The translations under genes and the position numbers were made by a program. Shown piece by piece: positions 1-11,437 of a stretch of DNA of 64,000 nucleotides (positions are counted from its first letter, which is position 1; each line of letters begins with the position of its first letter). Source of the stretch: Verrucomicrobiota bacterium. GTDB lineage: Bacteria > Verrucomicrobiota > Verrucomicrobiia > Limisphaerales > AAA164-E04. The notes beneath the pieces were generated by a model that had not been told where the DNA came from, ran no database searches, and saw nothing but the letters and a program-made list of their open reading frames with translations. The stretch spans positions 576,001-640,000 of the forward strand of contig CP170459.1 of the NCBI GenBank assembly GCA_047947115.1, given 5' to 3'.

Positions 1-766
1 AGGACCAAAGCAAACCACGCCCCACGGCCAGCAAAAAGTTTTTGTCTCGGAATGTGGAATCGTTGTGACCGTAGGTCGTGCCGAAAATGCGAGTCCCCTC
101 AAAATCATTCACCCACATGACGGGATGTGCTTTGCCGTCCCGCTCGCTGATGCTGATCGTCAATGCCTGCGCACTCGGCCACAGTTTTTCGATGATGTAA
201 AGCTCGTCCTTGGGAGAAGTCCAATCTTCGGGGAATCCTTGCATGATCGGGTGATTCGGAGCCACCACCTGAACAGGATACTCGTCCTGATGATCATGCC
301 GGCGACTGGTGACGCCCAAAAACTGACGCCAGTCATCAAAAGGCGCCGAACGATAAGTATGCATTGCACAATGAATCACCACAGCCGGTACTCCTGATTT
401 ATGTGCTTCGGTAATGCTTTTGACGTATTCTTCGTCATTGGTGTCCGCAAAGCATTCGTTGTGAACCACCACATCAAATTTTTTGGCCCAGTCCGCATCC
501 TTATAGAGGTCGATTTGCCCGCGGGTACCATTCCCACCCTCATGAATCACCGTCCAGTCAATATCGGCATAAGGCTTCAAACCTTCTTGAAGAGCTTGAG
601 ATTGAACTGCGTAATTATGGCAACAACCACCCGTCACCAACAAAGCCTTGATCGGTTTGTCACCGGATTTGTGGTGATCGGCATGGAGTGGACCAGAAAA
701 ACAACATGCAACAGCCAAAACCGCTGACGCAATCGACAATAGCGAGGTGTAACCGGGAAATTTCAT
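1..766 (-). CDS. ThuA-like (trehalose-utilisation/glutamine amidotransferase-like) domain exported protein; 3' end runs off the window
   Basis: Not in the ORF track. Manual translation from ATG 766 gives MKFPGYTSLLSIASAVLAVACC...KPIKALLVTGGCCHNY...FDVVVHNECF...PAVVIHCAMHTYR...HPIMQGFP...DELY...RIFGTTYGHND, open to the window edge. Confidence 0.75.
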   Translation of the reverse strand, partial: MKFPGYTSLLSIASAVLAVACCFSGPLHADHHKSGDKPIKALLVTGGCCHNYAVQSQALQEGLKPYADIDWTVIHEGGNGTRGQIDLYKDADWAKKFDVVVHNECFADTNDEEYVKSITEAHKSGVPAVVIHCAMHTYRSAPFDDWRQFLGVTSRRHDHQDEYPVQVVAPNHPIMQGFPEDWTSPKDELYIIEKLWPSAQALTISISERDGKAHPVMWVNDFEGTRIFGTTYGHNDSTFRDKNFLLAVGRGLLWS

Positions 767-863
767 GGCGCTACCATGCAGGGATCGAATGGGAAAAACA
801 AGTCTCCATTCGTTGATCCCTGAACGGCCGACCAATGGAAAGGAGTTCATCTTCCATGCCTCC

Positions 864-893
864 TGTAACCAGCCAACCACTTGATAACGTCTA
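864..893 (+). promoter_or_regulatory. possible ECF-sigma promoter (TGTAAC-N18-CGTCTA) for the YHYH gene
   Basis: AAC/CGT cores typical of ECF promoters, about 70 bp upstream of ATG 965. The spacer is slightly long. Confidence 0.3.
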
Positions 894-964
894 ACGAAAC
901 ACCATTGCTGACTTCACCGAAACTGATGGTGAAGCAAAAATGAAAACACCAAAAAGGTTCCAGC

Positions 965-1945
965 ATGAAAACTTTCATTCAATCCACACAATTAACCGCC
1001 GCTATTCTACTGAGTTGCGCCAGCGGGTCAGTCGGAACAGTCTCCATCACCGCTCATGACGGTCATCCTTCCGGGGCATCCCATGTCGTGGCCAATCAAC
1101 TCCCGCCAGAGCCAGGAAGGGTTCAAATGGAAACCAACTCCACCCACCGTATCATCCGAAGCAACGGCATCCCAAACCACGGAGTGGGACAATTTCCAAA
1201 CCGTAGAAATCCAAACAGCATCCGCGCTCAAAATTATACGTTTCGCATACCTCTGAATCCACAAAAAGCGGCCCGCCCCGTTGAACTCAACAGACAACCC
1301 TGGGGCATCGCCATCAACGGAGTGTTGTTCGATCCAGGCACGGCTGAATACTGGCAAGGCGACCGTTCCGGGGACTGGAATTACGAAGCGCTCAGCGGAA
1401 AGGTGAACCTTGGTCTGGATTCAAACCATGCCCATGTGCAACCCAACGGAGCATATCACTATCACGGACTACCAACCGGCCTGTGGAAAACGCTCTCCAT
1501 GGGCAAACCCGGGATCCACCTCCTTGGTTGGGCGGCGGATGGGTTTCCCATCTACGGTCCCTATGCGTATCAGAGTCCGAATGATCCCGGCAGCCCATTG
1601 ATCAAAATGAAATCTTCCTACCACCTGAAACCCGCCCCACGAGCCAGTGGGCCTGGAGGCCAACCGGACGGCACCTTTACCGCGGACTACCAATACGCCC
1701 ATGGATCAGGAGATCTGGACGAATGCGGAGGTAGAACAGGCGTGACCCCCGAATATCCTCAAGGCACTTACTACTACGTTTTGACAGAGGATTACCCATT
1801 CATCCCGCGCTTTTTCCGCGGTGAACCCGACTCAAGCTTTCGGCGTCGGGGTCCTGGAGCTGTGCCACCACGCGGCCAACGCCAAGGACCACCCATTCGC
1901 GGCACCGGGCAAGGTCGTCGCGACCCAAGACGCCCAAGGCTCTGA
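965..1945 (+). CDS. YHYH-domain exported protein
   Basis: Signal-like N-terminus, HAHVQPNGAYHYHG, GWAADGFPIYG and GDLDECGG motifs. Confidence 0.85.
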   Translation: MKTFIQSTQLTAAILLSCASGSVGTVSITAHDGHPSGASHVVANQLPPEPGRVQMETNSTHRIIRSNGIPNHGVGQFPNRRNPNSIRAQNYTFRIPLNPQKAARPVELNRQPWGIAINGVLFDPGTAEYWQGDRSGDWNYEALSGKVNLGLDSNHAHVQPNGAYHYHGLPTGLWKTLSMGKPGIHLLGWAADGFPIYGPYAYQSPNDPGSPLIKMKSSYHLKPAPRASGPGGQPDGTFTADYQYAHGSGDLDECGGRTGVTPEYPQGTYYYVLTEDYPFIPRFFRGEPDSSFRRRGPGAVPPRGQRQGPPIRGTGQGRRDPRRPRL

Positions 1946-2003
1946 TGCGCCCCGAAAAGTCTTTAGGCTTTATTCTGAAAGCCCACATGCTTAAAATCCG
2001 TTC

Positions 2004-2618
2004 GTGATTGCGTTGATCGATTATGGAGCGGGGAATCTTCGAAGTGTCCACAAGGCGTTGCTGCATTTGGGAGTGAAGGTCCGACTTGTCAGGGAACCTT
2101 CGGAACTAAAGGGGTGCCCTGGCATTGTCCTGCCCGGCGTGGGAGCGTTTGATGACTGCTCCCAGGCATTGCAGGGGCAATCCTTGATGGAGGCAACCCG
2201 CGAACGCATTCAGGAAGGTGCATGGTTTCTGGGGATTTGCGTCGGTTATCAAATCCTGTTCGAACGCAGCGAGGAATTTCAAAGCACATCATCCGGATTT
2301 GGTTTGTTCAAGGGCTCCGTGGTGCGCTTCCCCGATAAACCCGGGCTCAAGGTCCCGCAGATCGGCTGGAATCAGGTGAAATACACCCAGGATGACTGTC
2401 CTATTTTCAAAGGCATTCCCGACAACAGCCACTTCTACTTTGTGCACAGCTATCATCCCAAACCGGAAGATGCTTCCATTATTGCGGGAGAAACGGACTA
2501 TGAAGTGACCTTCGCCTCGGCGGTGTGGAAAGACCGGGTTTTCGCCACCCAATTTCACCCTGAGAAAAGTCAGGCGATAGGGCTTCAACTGCTGAAGAAC
2601 TTTGTGGAGATGGTTTAG
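2004..2618 (+). CDS. hisH: imidazole glycerol phosphate synthase, glutamine amidotransferase subunit
   Basis: IDYGAGNLRSV, LPGVGAF, GICVG (catalytic Cys), FYFVHSY, QFHPEKS. Confidence 0.96.
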   Translation: MIALIDYGAGNLRSVHKALLHLGVKVRLVREPSELKGCPGIVLPGVGAFDDCSQALQGQSLMEATRERIQEGAWFLGICVGYQILFERSEEFQSTSSGFGLFKGSVVRFPDKPGLKVPQIGWNQVKYTQDDCPIFKGIPDNSHFYFVHSYHPKPEDASIIAGETDYEVTFASAVWKDRVFATQFHPEKSQAIGLQLLKNFVEMV

Positions 2619-2971
2619 CTGCCATTGTAAACACACCGGGCAGTGCAGGTCTCGGCAACTTCGATGGCTTTCAACATCGGCAGTTCCGGCTTGAGGCGTT
2701 TCCAGATCCAAATGGCGACATTCTCGCTGGTCGGATTCTCAAGTCCCTCAATTTCGTTCAGATAATAGTGATCGAGCTGCTCCCAGAGCGGACGAAAGGC
2801 TTTTGAAATATCTGCATAATCCATTACCCATCCGAATGCCGGATCCACTGGGCCTTCAACAACCACTTCCACCTGAAAGCTGTGTCCGTGCAGGCGGCGA
2901 CATTTGTGCGTCTCCGGCAAACCGGGCAACAGATGCGCCGCCTCAAATTGAAATGTCTTTCTAAGTTCCAT
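2615..2971 (-). CDS. queD: 6-carboxy-5,6,7,8-tetrahydropterin synthase
   Basis: FEAAH, HKCRRLHGHSF, LDHYYLN, NPTSEN, ETCT motifs. Confidence 0.93.
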   Translation of the reverse strand: MELRKTFQFEAAHLLPGLPETHKCRRLHGHSFQVEVVVEGPVDPAFGWVMDYADISKAFRPLWEQLDHYYLNEIEGLENPTSENVAIWIWKRLKPELPMLKAIEVAETCTARCVYNGS

Positions 2972-2987
2972 ATCTAAATTTCATCCA

Positions 2988-4349
2988 TCAAATTTCCCAA
3001 TCCACCCAGGTGACCAGATCGCCCAAAGCCGGGCGCCCGTCATGCCGCCACAACAACGGCGGTTTCTGCATGGCCCCCATCGCGCACACACGTGTCACGC
3101 CCCACCGCGCGAAGGTCTTGACCAATTCCGGTCCTTCGGTTGGAGATGCAGCCAAACCGATGGTGGACACCTTTCCATACACCTTTTCAAGACCCCCAAT
3201 CGCTTCGCGCAGTGTTTCGACTCGTTTCACATATATAAATCGATTCAAACAGGATAATTGAAACAATGGATCCTCTTCAAAAACAACCGTCCAGTCAGTC
3301 GAACCCTCACTCTTCCAAGTGACGGTGCCCGGAAGGTGCGCGGAGCGAATGTCGTAAAAGGAACGTCGTGAAGCAATCTGGGCGGCCTGTCGTGGATCGA
3401 GCGGACCGCGAGGTTCCTCAGCTTCGCGATCCTTGAGGTAATCAGCCAGTTTTTCGGCAAATTGGATCGGAGGAAGCTCAGGATTATCTTCCACATAAAT
3501 AACATGCGGCGAGAGGCAACCCAATTGATTCCAAGCCACGATGTCATCCACCGCCTTGTTCAACAAAGGACGAATTCCAAACCCCTGCAACGCACTCTTG
3601 GCGATATATCCAACGCTTACTTTGTGCCCATAACTCAAATAACGTGTCCCCTGTGGCAAACGATTCTGAATATCCGCAATGGTCTTATCGGATCCCATCG
3701 CTGTCACCAGATCCGTCTCTTCAAACACGGCCTGTTCCAAGTCATCATTCCCTCCCGCCCACTCGGCAATCTCAAGACATGCTCCCAACTTCGGATCGGT
3801 ATCATAAATCGAGTGCGCAAACATTCTGGGTAGAAAGGAGGCGCCGGATGTGCATTTGATCAACTGAGCCGACTTGGTCAGCAAACCGAGAATAATGTTG
3901 GTAAAAACACCATTCGGCAGCACCCCTCCTGAAATGTGAAGGATCAGTTCCGGTCCAACCGCCATACTCATGCGCTGCCCGGTCGGATCCGATTCGTTCG
4001 CGCAAGGTTCATCGAGTCGACGCAAATGCCCAAGGTCTTGTTCCACCAGTGCCTGCAGGTTTTCCTCGGTCACACCTTTCATGAAATCGAGCACACCCTT
4101 GATCAAGGTAGCACTTGGCAACCCCGTGGCCTGGGGACCGTGTTCAAAGGCGTATTGGCGGATGGGATAATTTTCATAACTCCAATGCTCGGCGACATTC
4201 GCAATCGTACGAATCAGACTGGCGGTTGTCCGTTCTTCCAGATACTTGCGCCGGTTGCGCTTCAAGGTCAGACACGCATCCGTGAGCATCTCCGGATTCA
4301 ACGGTTCTTCAGTTTTCAAGTCAGCTAGAAAATAATTGGGAAGATCCAT
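2988..4349 (-). CDS. LuxC-like acyl-CoA/acyl-protein reductase
   Basis: ALDH-like features: GPELILHI, AMGSDKTI, YGHKVS, NQLGCLSPH (catalytic Cys), and C-terminal HDGRPALGDLVTW. Confidence 0.85.
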   Translation of the reverse strand: MDLPNYFLADLKTEEPLNPEMLTDACLTLKRNRRKYLEERTTASLIRTIANVAEHWSYENYPIRQYAFEHGPQATGLPSATLIKGVLDFMKGVTEENLQALVEQDLGHLRRLDEPCANESDPTGQRMSMAVGPELILHISGGVLPNGVFTNIILGLLTKSAQLIKCTSGASFLPRMFAHSIYDTDPKLGACLEIAEWAGGNDDLEQAVFEETDLVTAMGSDKTIADIQNRLPQGTRYLSYGHKVSVGYIAKSALQGFGIRPLLNKAVDDIVAWNQLGCLSPHVIYVEDNPELPPIQFAEKLADYLKDREAEEPRGPLDPRQAAQIASRRSFYDIRSAHLPGTVTWKSEGSTDWTVVFEEDPLFQLSCLNRFIYVKRVETLREAIGGLEKVYGKVSTIGLAASPTEGPELVKTFARWGVTRVCAMGAMQKPPLLWRHDGRPALGDLVTWVDWEI

Positions 4350-4403
4350 GAGTCTTAATAAAAAGCACCTATAAGCCTGCTATGAGAAAAGCATCGGAAT
4401 CCA

Positions 4404-5564
4404 TCAGACAAAATCATCCGACATCAACGAACAACCGCGAGGTCCCGCATCCGCTGAACGCCCGATTACTTCAAAACCTTCCTTGTGACGGATGGCCACA
4501 TCCTCGGTCAGCACACTCAGGCAGGACCAAATGTTTGCAAGGTCAATGACGTGAATCATACCGGTCTCCCCGTAGCCCACTTCCAATCCCGTCTCAGGAG
4601 AAATCACCCGACAACGAGCCCAGGGCGGGAACTGGAACCGGCGTGGTGTTGCCCCGAAAGTACTCAAATTACCCGGATCAATTTGAGCATCGTAAGCTTG
4701 TGACGACAGTTCACTCATGCCGTATTCGCAGATAAAATGCCGCTTCTCCACTCCCAACTTGACAGCCAGTTGCTTGTAAAGATGTTCCTTGGGAATCTCA
4801 CGCGATTTACCTTTGTAGCCACCGGTCTCGAAAACCATCGATCCTTCGGGCAAGGACAACTGCTGCCCCTTGCTCTCCAAATAATCCAGCAAGTGTACAT
4901 ACAAAAAAGCGGTTCCAAAAAGACAGACAGGATGCTTCAATCCGTCCAGCTCTTGAATCGTCTGTTCCATGGGCAAGTCCCAGTTTCCATCCCGGCCCAA
5001 CTGACCGGCAAAACGATGGACAACCTCCTGCGGAAGATCCTTCGCAATGGTCGAGAACATATGAACCAGTGACGAATGTGGAACCCTGGAGGGTTCCGGA
5101 GTAAGGAACACACACTCCTTCACCAAGAACTGCTTCAAATTCCACGGAGGATGCTCGTGAAACCAGCGCAATAGAAGTTCCTCATAAAGCTCCAATGACG
5201 TATCACTGTGCCAATGCTTGCTGGTTTCAGAACCGGTGGTGCCGCTGGAATGAAATACTCTCGTGCGATCCGATGCAGGCAGACAAGTCCAATCCAGCGC
5301 CTTGAATGCGTGCGTCGAAATGGCCGGGATATTTTTCCAATGATACAACAGTGAACGACCCTGATTGGATTGTTCCACCTGTGCTGCAAAATGTGGATTT
5401 GCCTTACTCTGAAGTGAGGTCAATTCAAGGGACAAATCATTGAAGACATCGTCGCGCAACAGACAATGATCATCAGTCACGGCCCCCAGGCGATCATGCT
5501 CGGAGCGCACCATTTCGAGGAGACGTCTCTGAAAACCCCTCAACTGTTCAATCGGATCATTCAT
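4404..5564 (-). CDS. LuxE-like acyl-protein synthetase
   Basis: HSSGTTG P-loop, ETGGYKG, EYGMSELSSQ, DLAN, TED, and C-terminal RGCS acylation Cys. Confidence 0.87.
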   Translation of the reverse strand: MNDPIEQLRGFQRRLLEMVRSEHDRLGAVTDDHCLLRDDVFNDLSLELTSLQSKANPHFAAQVEQSNQGRSLLYHWKNIPAISTHAFKALDWTCLPASDRTRVFHSSGTTGSETSKHWHSDTSLELYEELLLRWFHEHPPWNLKQFLVKECVFLTPEPSRVPHSSLVHMFSTIAKDLPQEVVHRFAGQLGRDGNWDLPMEQTIQELDGLKHPVCLFGTAFLYVHLLDYLESKGQQLSLPEGSMVFETGGYKGKSREIPKEHLYKQLAVKLGVEKRHFICEYGMSELSSQAYDAQIDPGNLSTFGATPRRFQFPPWARCRVISPETGLEVGYGETGMIHVIDLANIWSCLSVLTEDVAIRHKEGFEVIGRSADAGPRGCSLMSDDFV

Positions 5565-5740
5565 GTGCGGTTTTATGTTTTACCCGGGGGAAATGGCTGG
5601 TTTTCCGCAACAGCCAAGCTCCACTGCTCCCGCGAGAGAACCACGAACAGTCCAAAGGGTCAAGATTAAGCCGACGCCATCAGAAGCCTTCCAATGTGCT
5701 GGAAGGAGGGAACTGATTTACTTGTCGTAAATCAATGGAA

Positions 5741-7216
5741 TCACAAGCGACCGGGCGACCGGGCCCCCGCACCTTCTGTCTTGGTCAGTGAATCCCCCAA
5801 GTCCAGGCGCATGGCCTGCGCCAATTCCTGCATCTCGGCCACAATCTCCGGATGCTGATCCTTTACATCGGTCGTTTCCCCGACATCTTTAGACAAATCG
5901 AACAGAGACAGCTCGATCCGGGACTGTTGGTAATCGGTCGGGATGCCGCCCGTACCGCCGGGATTACCTGCCATCGTGCGGTATCCATGTGGGAAATGAA
6001 GTTTCCATTTCCCCATACGCATGGCCTGCAACTCACGTCCGTAATACATGAAGTATGCTTTGTGAGGACTCTTGGCGCCAGGAACCCCCTTCAACAAGGA
6101 ACTGATGTCTTTTCCGTCGATCTTATGGCTCGGCAAGTCGGCTCCGATCAAACCGGCTACAGTAGGCAAAATATCAATTGTCATCGCTGGTTCCTTACAA
6201 AGCGTTCCTGCCGGAATGGTTCCAGGCCACCAGGCAATGGTGGATTCACGACAACCTCCATCGAACATCGTGCCTTTTCCTTCACGCAAAGGACCAGCTG
6301 TACCCGCGTGATCTCCATAGCTCAGCCAGGGACCATTATCCGAGGTGAACAAAACCAAGGTGTTTTTTTCAAGCTGATGCTTGCGGAGTGTTCCCAAAAT
6401 CTGCCCGACAGACCAATCCACTTCCATCATCACATCCCCAAACAATCCCACACCACTTTTGCCTTTGAACTTGTCGGAAACGTAAAGAGGCACGTGCACC
6501 ATGGAATGCGGTACGTAGAGAAAAAACGGACGATCCTTGTTTTTTTCGATAAAAGCAACCGCTCGTTCCGTGTATTGCGTCGTCAATTGCTCCTGATCTT
6601 TGGGATAAACCTCAGGATTGACGATCTCGTTCCTGTCGATCAATGGCAGATGCGGCCAACGCTTAATGCGTTCTTCCATCGACAAATGACGCACCCCCGG
6701 ATGGTAAGGCCACATGTCATTGGAGTAAGGAAGGCCAAAATAATCGTCAAACCCGTGTTGCATGGGTAAAAACTTCTCGTGATGTCCCAGATGCCATTTC
6801 CCATAAACGGCTGTAGCGTAGCCCTTTTGCTTGCAAATTTCAGCCAAAGTCACTTCGTTGTGATGAATCCCATGCGTCGCCCCTGGCCCAAGGGCCCCCA
6901 GGATGCCCACGCGCACGTTGTAGCATCCGGTCAGCAACCCAGCTCGACTGGCCGAACAAACTGCCTGGGTGACGTAAAAATCGGTAAACATGCGCCCTTC
7001 CCTGGCCATCCGGTCTAAATGAGGAGTCTGATAATCCTTGGCCCCAAAAGGGCCGATGTCTCCGTAACCCATGTCATCCATGAATATCACCACAATGTTG
7101 GGTTGCTTATCGGCAGCGGAAGCAGCGTGGCCCATCACCAGCGTAACAAAGGCCAAAGCAAGTGCGGTGGCGGAACGAAGCGAAGCAGATTTAAAAAATG
7201 TTGGAATGCTGTTCAT
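5741..7216 (-). CDS. arylsulfatase-family (formylglycine-dependent) sulfatase, exported
   Basis: [26 protein letters not shown] (CxxSR), GKWHLG, TSDNG. Signal peptide from probable start ATG 7216. Confidence 0.93.
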   Translation of the reverse strand: MNSIPTFFKSASLRSATALALAFVTLVMGHAASAADKQPNIVVIFMDDMGYGDIGPFGAKDYQTPHLDRMAREGRMFTDFYVTQAVCSASRAGLLTGCYNVRVGILGALGPGATHGIHHNEVTLAEICKQKGYATAVYGKWHLGHHEKFLPMQHGFDDYFGLPYSNDMWPYHPGVRHLSMEERIKRWPHLPLIDRNEIVNPEVYPKDQEQLTTQYTERAVAFIEKNKDRPFFLYVPHSMVHVPLYVSDKFKGKSGVGLFGDVMMEVDWSVGQILGTLRKHQLEKNTLVLFTSDNGPWLSYGDHAGTAGPLREGKGTMFDGGCRESTIAWWPGTIPAGTLCKEPAMTIDILPTVAGLIGADLPSHKIDGKDISSLLKGVPGAKSPHKAYFMYYGRELQAMRMGKWKLHFPHGYRTMAGNPGGTGGIPTDYQQSRIELSLFDLSKDVGETTDVKDQHPEIVAEMQELAQAMRLDLGDSLTKTEGAGARSPGRL

Positions 7217-7323
7217 GGTATGAGCATGAAGCCTTCCAAAAAAATCTCCGAAAAGCAAGCGTGCAGCATCAAAAACCCATCTTCGTGCTTGACCTTACGT
7301 GACTTTTTGCTTGCATACGGAGG

Positions 7324-7707
7324 ATGAATTTCAAGTTTTTCCTATTTTGCGCGCTTCTGGCGATCATGTTGTCCGGAACAAGCGGGTGCTATTCCACCGC
7401 GGACGGTAACAAGCGGACGGGCATGCCCTTTCTGAAAGACTCGGTCGTAGGCCGCTACGAACGCCCCTTGGATCAAATCTACGAAGCCGCTGTCGAGGTG
7501 CTCCGCTTCAATGGCACCGTTGTCACCGAAAACCGCATCAACAACTCACTGACCGCCCGCGTGGACAACAAGACGGTCTGGGTGCGCGTGCAGGAGGAAA
7601 GCCCGACCATCACCCAATTGGAAGTGCAGGCCCGTGGCAGATGGGGTAGCCCTGATGTGGACCTGGCAAGTGAGATGGAAAAGCAGATCGCTCTCCAACT
7701 GCGATAA
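7324..7707 (+). CDS. DUF3568-like lipoprotein
   Basis: GGAGG RBS, lipobox TSGC, small alpha/beta domain typical of PVC DUF3568. Confidence 0.7.
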   Translation: MNFKFFLFCALLAIMLSGTSGCYSTADGNKRTGMPFLKDSVVGRYERPLDQIYEAAVEVLRFNGTVVTENRINNSLTARVDNKTVWVRVQEESPTITQLEVQARGRWGSPDVDLASEMEKQIALQLR

Positions 7708-7712
7708 ACCGA

Positions 7713-8906
7713 CTATTCCGTTTGGAAATTTTCAATCGAAGGGCCTGTCTCCATGGACCGGCCCTTCTTTGATTTACGGGCTTCCAACTTCAGGCGCTTC
7801 AACCTCTCACGCATGCGCACAGCATGCCCGTTCTCCGGAAATCGCTCGATGTATTCTTCCAAGGCCATTTTTGCGGCTTCCGAACTACCGGTAAAACGAC
7901 AGTAAACATCGGCGATTTGGTTATACCACCTCGCCAATTTTGCCGGGGATTGATGCGGCATCCGGGTCAATTCCCTGAGCTGATCGATCGCCCAATCAAT
8001 TTTCCCGTAATGTTCGGCGTAAAGCCAGGCAAGCTGCTCGCGCACATCGCTGTCCTGCGGATGCCTGGTCAGATGCTCGACCATCTGATGCGCCCTGGCT
8101 TCCTGGTTCTCTTTGGGCGCCTGTACAGCGCTGGAATCTTTCGCCAATCCCAGTTTGAGATTGTTTTTCTTTACCTCAAACTTTTTCGGTTCCCTGCGTT
8201 TGGTCAAAAAGTCGTCGTCCTGCAGGTGAGCAATGCGCTGAGCGGCTTTGTCTGCCTGCTCCGTACCCGGAAACTCATATTCAACACGTTGCAGACACTG
8301 CCTGGCCTTGGCAGGATCGTTGCGATACTTCAAATGAAAATCAGCAAGTCTGTTCAACACAAACGATCCGTTAACCACACCAGGATCACATTCACCGACA
8401 AAATACTCAAGCAACTCAACCGCCTCATCCACCTCTCCCTTGTGCTCGGCCAGAATTTCCGCAAGCAACATATGCCCCTGCATGTCGAAGGGAAAATCAG
8501 CCAATTGAACCCGAATATCAGCAATGGCTTCATCATATCGACCCCGCTTTTTCTTGGCTTCCGCCATGGCATAAAACGGCGTGGGGTCCGGCTCCACACT
8601 GCCGCCGTCAAATGTGTTCGTCAAAGGGGCGAACAGTGTTTTCCCGATAGTCGGCGCCCACATGATGCCCAGTATCAGACAAACAACCGCAGTAATCGGA
8701 ACCATGAAAAGCATGCCGGGTTTTCCGGCAAATTTGGCAAGCCCGAAAAGCCACCCCCCCATGAGGACAGCCGATATGACCCACTTCAACACCAAGGCAG
8801 CCGGTTCATCTGAACGCTTGAGCGAAGCATGAGCAATCCGCCAACCTAACCAGCTGAAAAAGCCCATGGCGCAAATTCCGATCAAGATATTTAATGCCAT
8901 TTCCAT
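7713..8906 (-). CDS. membrane-anchored tetratricopeptide-repeat protein
   Basis: Three N-terminal hydrophobic helices followed by TPR-like repeats (…EFPGTEQA, …ERFPENGHA). Confidence 0.7.
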   Translation of the reverse strand: MEMALNILIGICAMGFFSWLGWRIAHASLKRSDEPAALVLKWVISAVLMGGWLFGLAKFAGKPGMLFMVPITAVVCLILGIMWAPTIGKTLFAPLTNTFDGGSVEPDPTPFYAMAEAKKKRGRYDEAIADIRVQLADFPFDMQGHMLLAEILAEHKGEVDEAVELLEYFVGECDPGVVNGSFVLNRLADFHLKYRNDPAKARQCLQRVEYEFPGTEQADKAAQRIAHLQDDDFLTKRREPKKFEVKKNNLKLGLAKDSSAVQAPKENQEARAHQMVEHLTRHPQDSDVREQLAWLYAEHYGKIDWAIDQLRELTRMPHQSPAKLARWYNQIADVYCRFTGSSEAAKMALEEYIERFPENGHAVRMRERLKRLKLEARKSKKGRSMETGPSIENFQTE

Positions 8907-8997
8907 CGACGATATCCTTTCGTTTGTATGCCTCGTTGGGCAAACAAGTTGGGTGCTACGGGAAACTTAGACAGCGAATTTGAAAAAATGCACGTTT

Positions 8998-10029
8998 TTA
9001 TTTCGATTCGAAATTCAACACCACCGCATAAGACCCGGGATTGTGATAATCCCCACACTCAAAAGCATTCTGAAGAAACCGACCGGCGTGGATCACCTGC
9101 ACATCTTGGCAAAATGGCTCAATAAACTCCAACACTCGCGCAAGACTCAACCGATTCCAATGATACCCGTCCTTGGGTTCCACCAAATGATCGGCTCGAT
9201 CCGCCATATTGAAAAAACACAAGCACGCCATACCACGCGTCACCCGGCAGACCTCCCTGAGTCCCTGGTGCATGCCTTGAATCGAAAGATGTTCGAACAG
9301 GTCGTGCACAAAAAAGTAATCCACCGAATCGGTTTCCGCCTGTATTTCAAACACATTCCCCACCTCAAACCGAGCCTTGGGGAATTGTGCAAGGGCATTG
9401 GAAATATTCTTCGGGCAGATATCAAACCCCTGGTAATTCATGATTGCCGACATACCAAAAGCATCCATGTACCGATAGTCATTGGCGGAACCACAGGCTG
9501 CTTCCATCACGGAGATTGGAGCCATGTCCCATTGTTTAAAAACCTCGCGCCAACGGTTTTGAAAGCCGGTCAGCACTCTTGGATCCAACTCCGTCGCTCC
9601 AAGAGACTCAGTGCATCGCAGGGCCTGATCGATATAATGCTCAACCGGATCGGGACTGCTCCTCTGCAGTCGCCATGTTTCAATGAAGTAGGCAGGGATG
9701 GGAATGGATTGAAAAGAATCCATTCCACTCTCCAAAGCTTCCAGCAACAAGGCACGCGTCCTGGGGGCTGGACGGCGCTGAAGCACGCTGAGCACATAGC
9801 TCATGGAAATACCAAAACGATATTCCGACCAAATCAATTCCCGATACTTCTCCGGCTGAAGACGGTCCACCAACAACCCACGTGAGAGAATACTCGGAAA
9901 ATGAATACGGGGATCTTCCACGCTGGAAACGAGATAATCCTTCAGAAATCCATCTTCATGCCGCATCCATGCCTCACGCAGTGCATGCGATTCGGAACTC
10001 AAGTCGGTCTGATTATTCATGGTGGACAT
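8998..10029 (-). CDS. class I SAM-dependent methyltransferase
   Basis: VMEAACGSAND motif I, YQGFDI motif II, DLFEHL motif IV. Confidence 0.75.
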   Translation of the reverse strand: MSTMNNQTDLSSESHALREAWMRHEDGFLKDYLVSSVEDPRIHFPSILSRGLLVDRLQPEKYRELIWSEYRFGISMSYVLSVLQRRPAPRTRALLLEALESGMDSFQSIPIPAYFIETWRLQRSSPDPVEHYIDQALRCTESLGATELDPRVLTGFQNRWREVFKQWDMAPISVMEAACGSANDYRYMDAFGMSAIMNYQGFDICPKNISNALAQFPKARFEVGNVFEIQAETDSVDYFFVHDLFEHLSIQGMHQGLREVCRVTRGMACLCFFNMADRADHLVEPKDGYHWNRLSLARVLEFIEPFCQDVQVIHAGRFLQNAFECGDYHNPGSYAVVLNFESK

Positions 10030-10034
10030 TCAAG

Positions 10035-10062
10035 AAAAAAGGGCGACCCGTGGATCGCCCTT
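10035..10062 (-). terminator. rho-independent terminator after gap
   Basis: Minus strand AAGGGCGAT-CCACG-GGTCGCCC followed by a T-tract. Confidence 0.75.
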
Positions 10063-10090
10063 CTGAAATAACTCTAGGAAAACTGATACC

Positions 10091-11164
<1,074 letters not shown>

Positions 11165-11195
11165 TCAAATGCTCAGTTCAAAAAATGAGAGATGG

Positions 11196-11223
11196 ATACT
11201 AATCACCACCCGCCCCGCGTCAA
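11196..11223 (-). promoter_or_regulatory. sigma70-type promoter of gap (TTGACG-N16-TAGTAT)
   Basis: Near-consensus -35/-10 about 50 bp upstream of the gap start. Confidence 0.5.
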
Positions 11224-11437
11224 TGGCGAATTTACGGGCATCATTCGTCTTCGTCTATTCGTCCCATTGCGATTCGAAGTGGTGGGATATCGCTTTAATT
11301 TAGCATACGCTGCCGCGCGTCCTCCGCATTGCCTGGATGTAAACTGAAATCTGCCATTGTCTGATTGATCTGGCATACTGACTGCTTTAAAATGATTCTC
11401 AGATTCAAGAACAACACTCACCATTGGGTGTGTTCAG

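Noticed and set aside
2988..5564. Bioluminescence operon
   Set aside because: No luxA, luxB, luxD or luxG in the window; luxC/luxE-like genes occur widely without light production.
5852..6769. Long antisense ORFs (also 7824-8813, 8980-9885, 15550-16446, 31615-32505, 35062-36069, 40371-41510)
   Set aside because: They lie opposite well-supported genes and have no motifs, as expected for codon-bias shadow ORFs.
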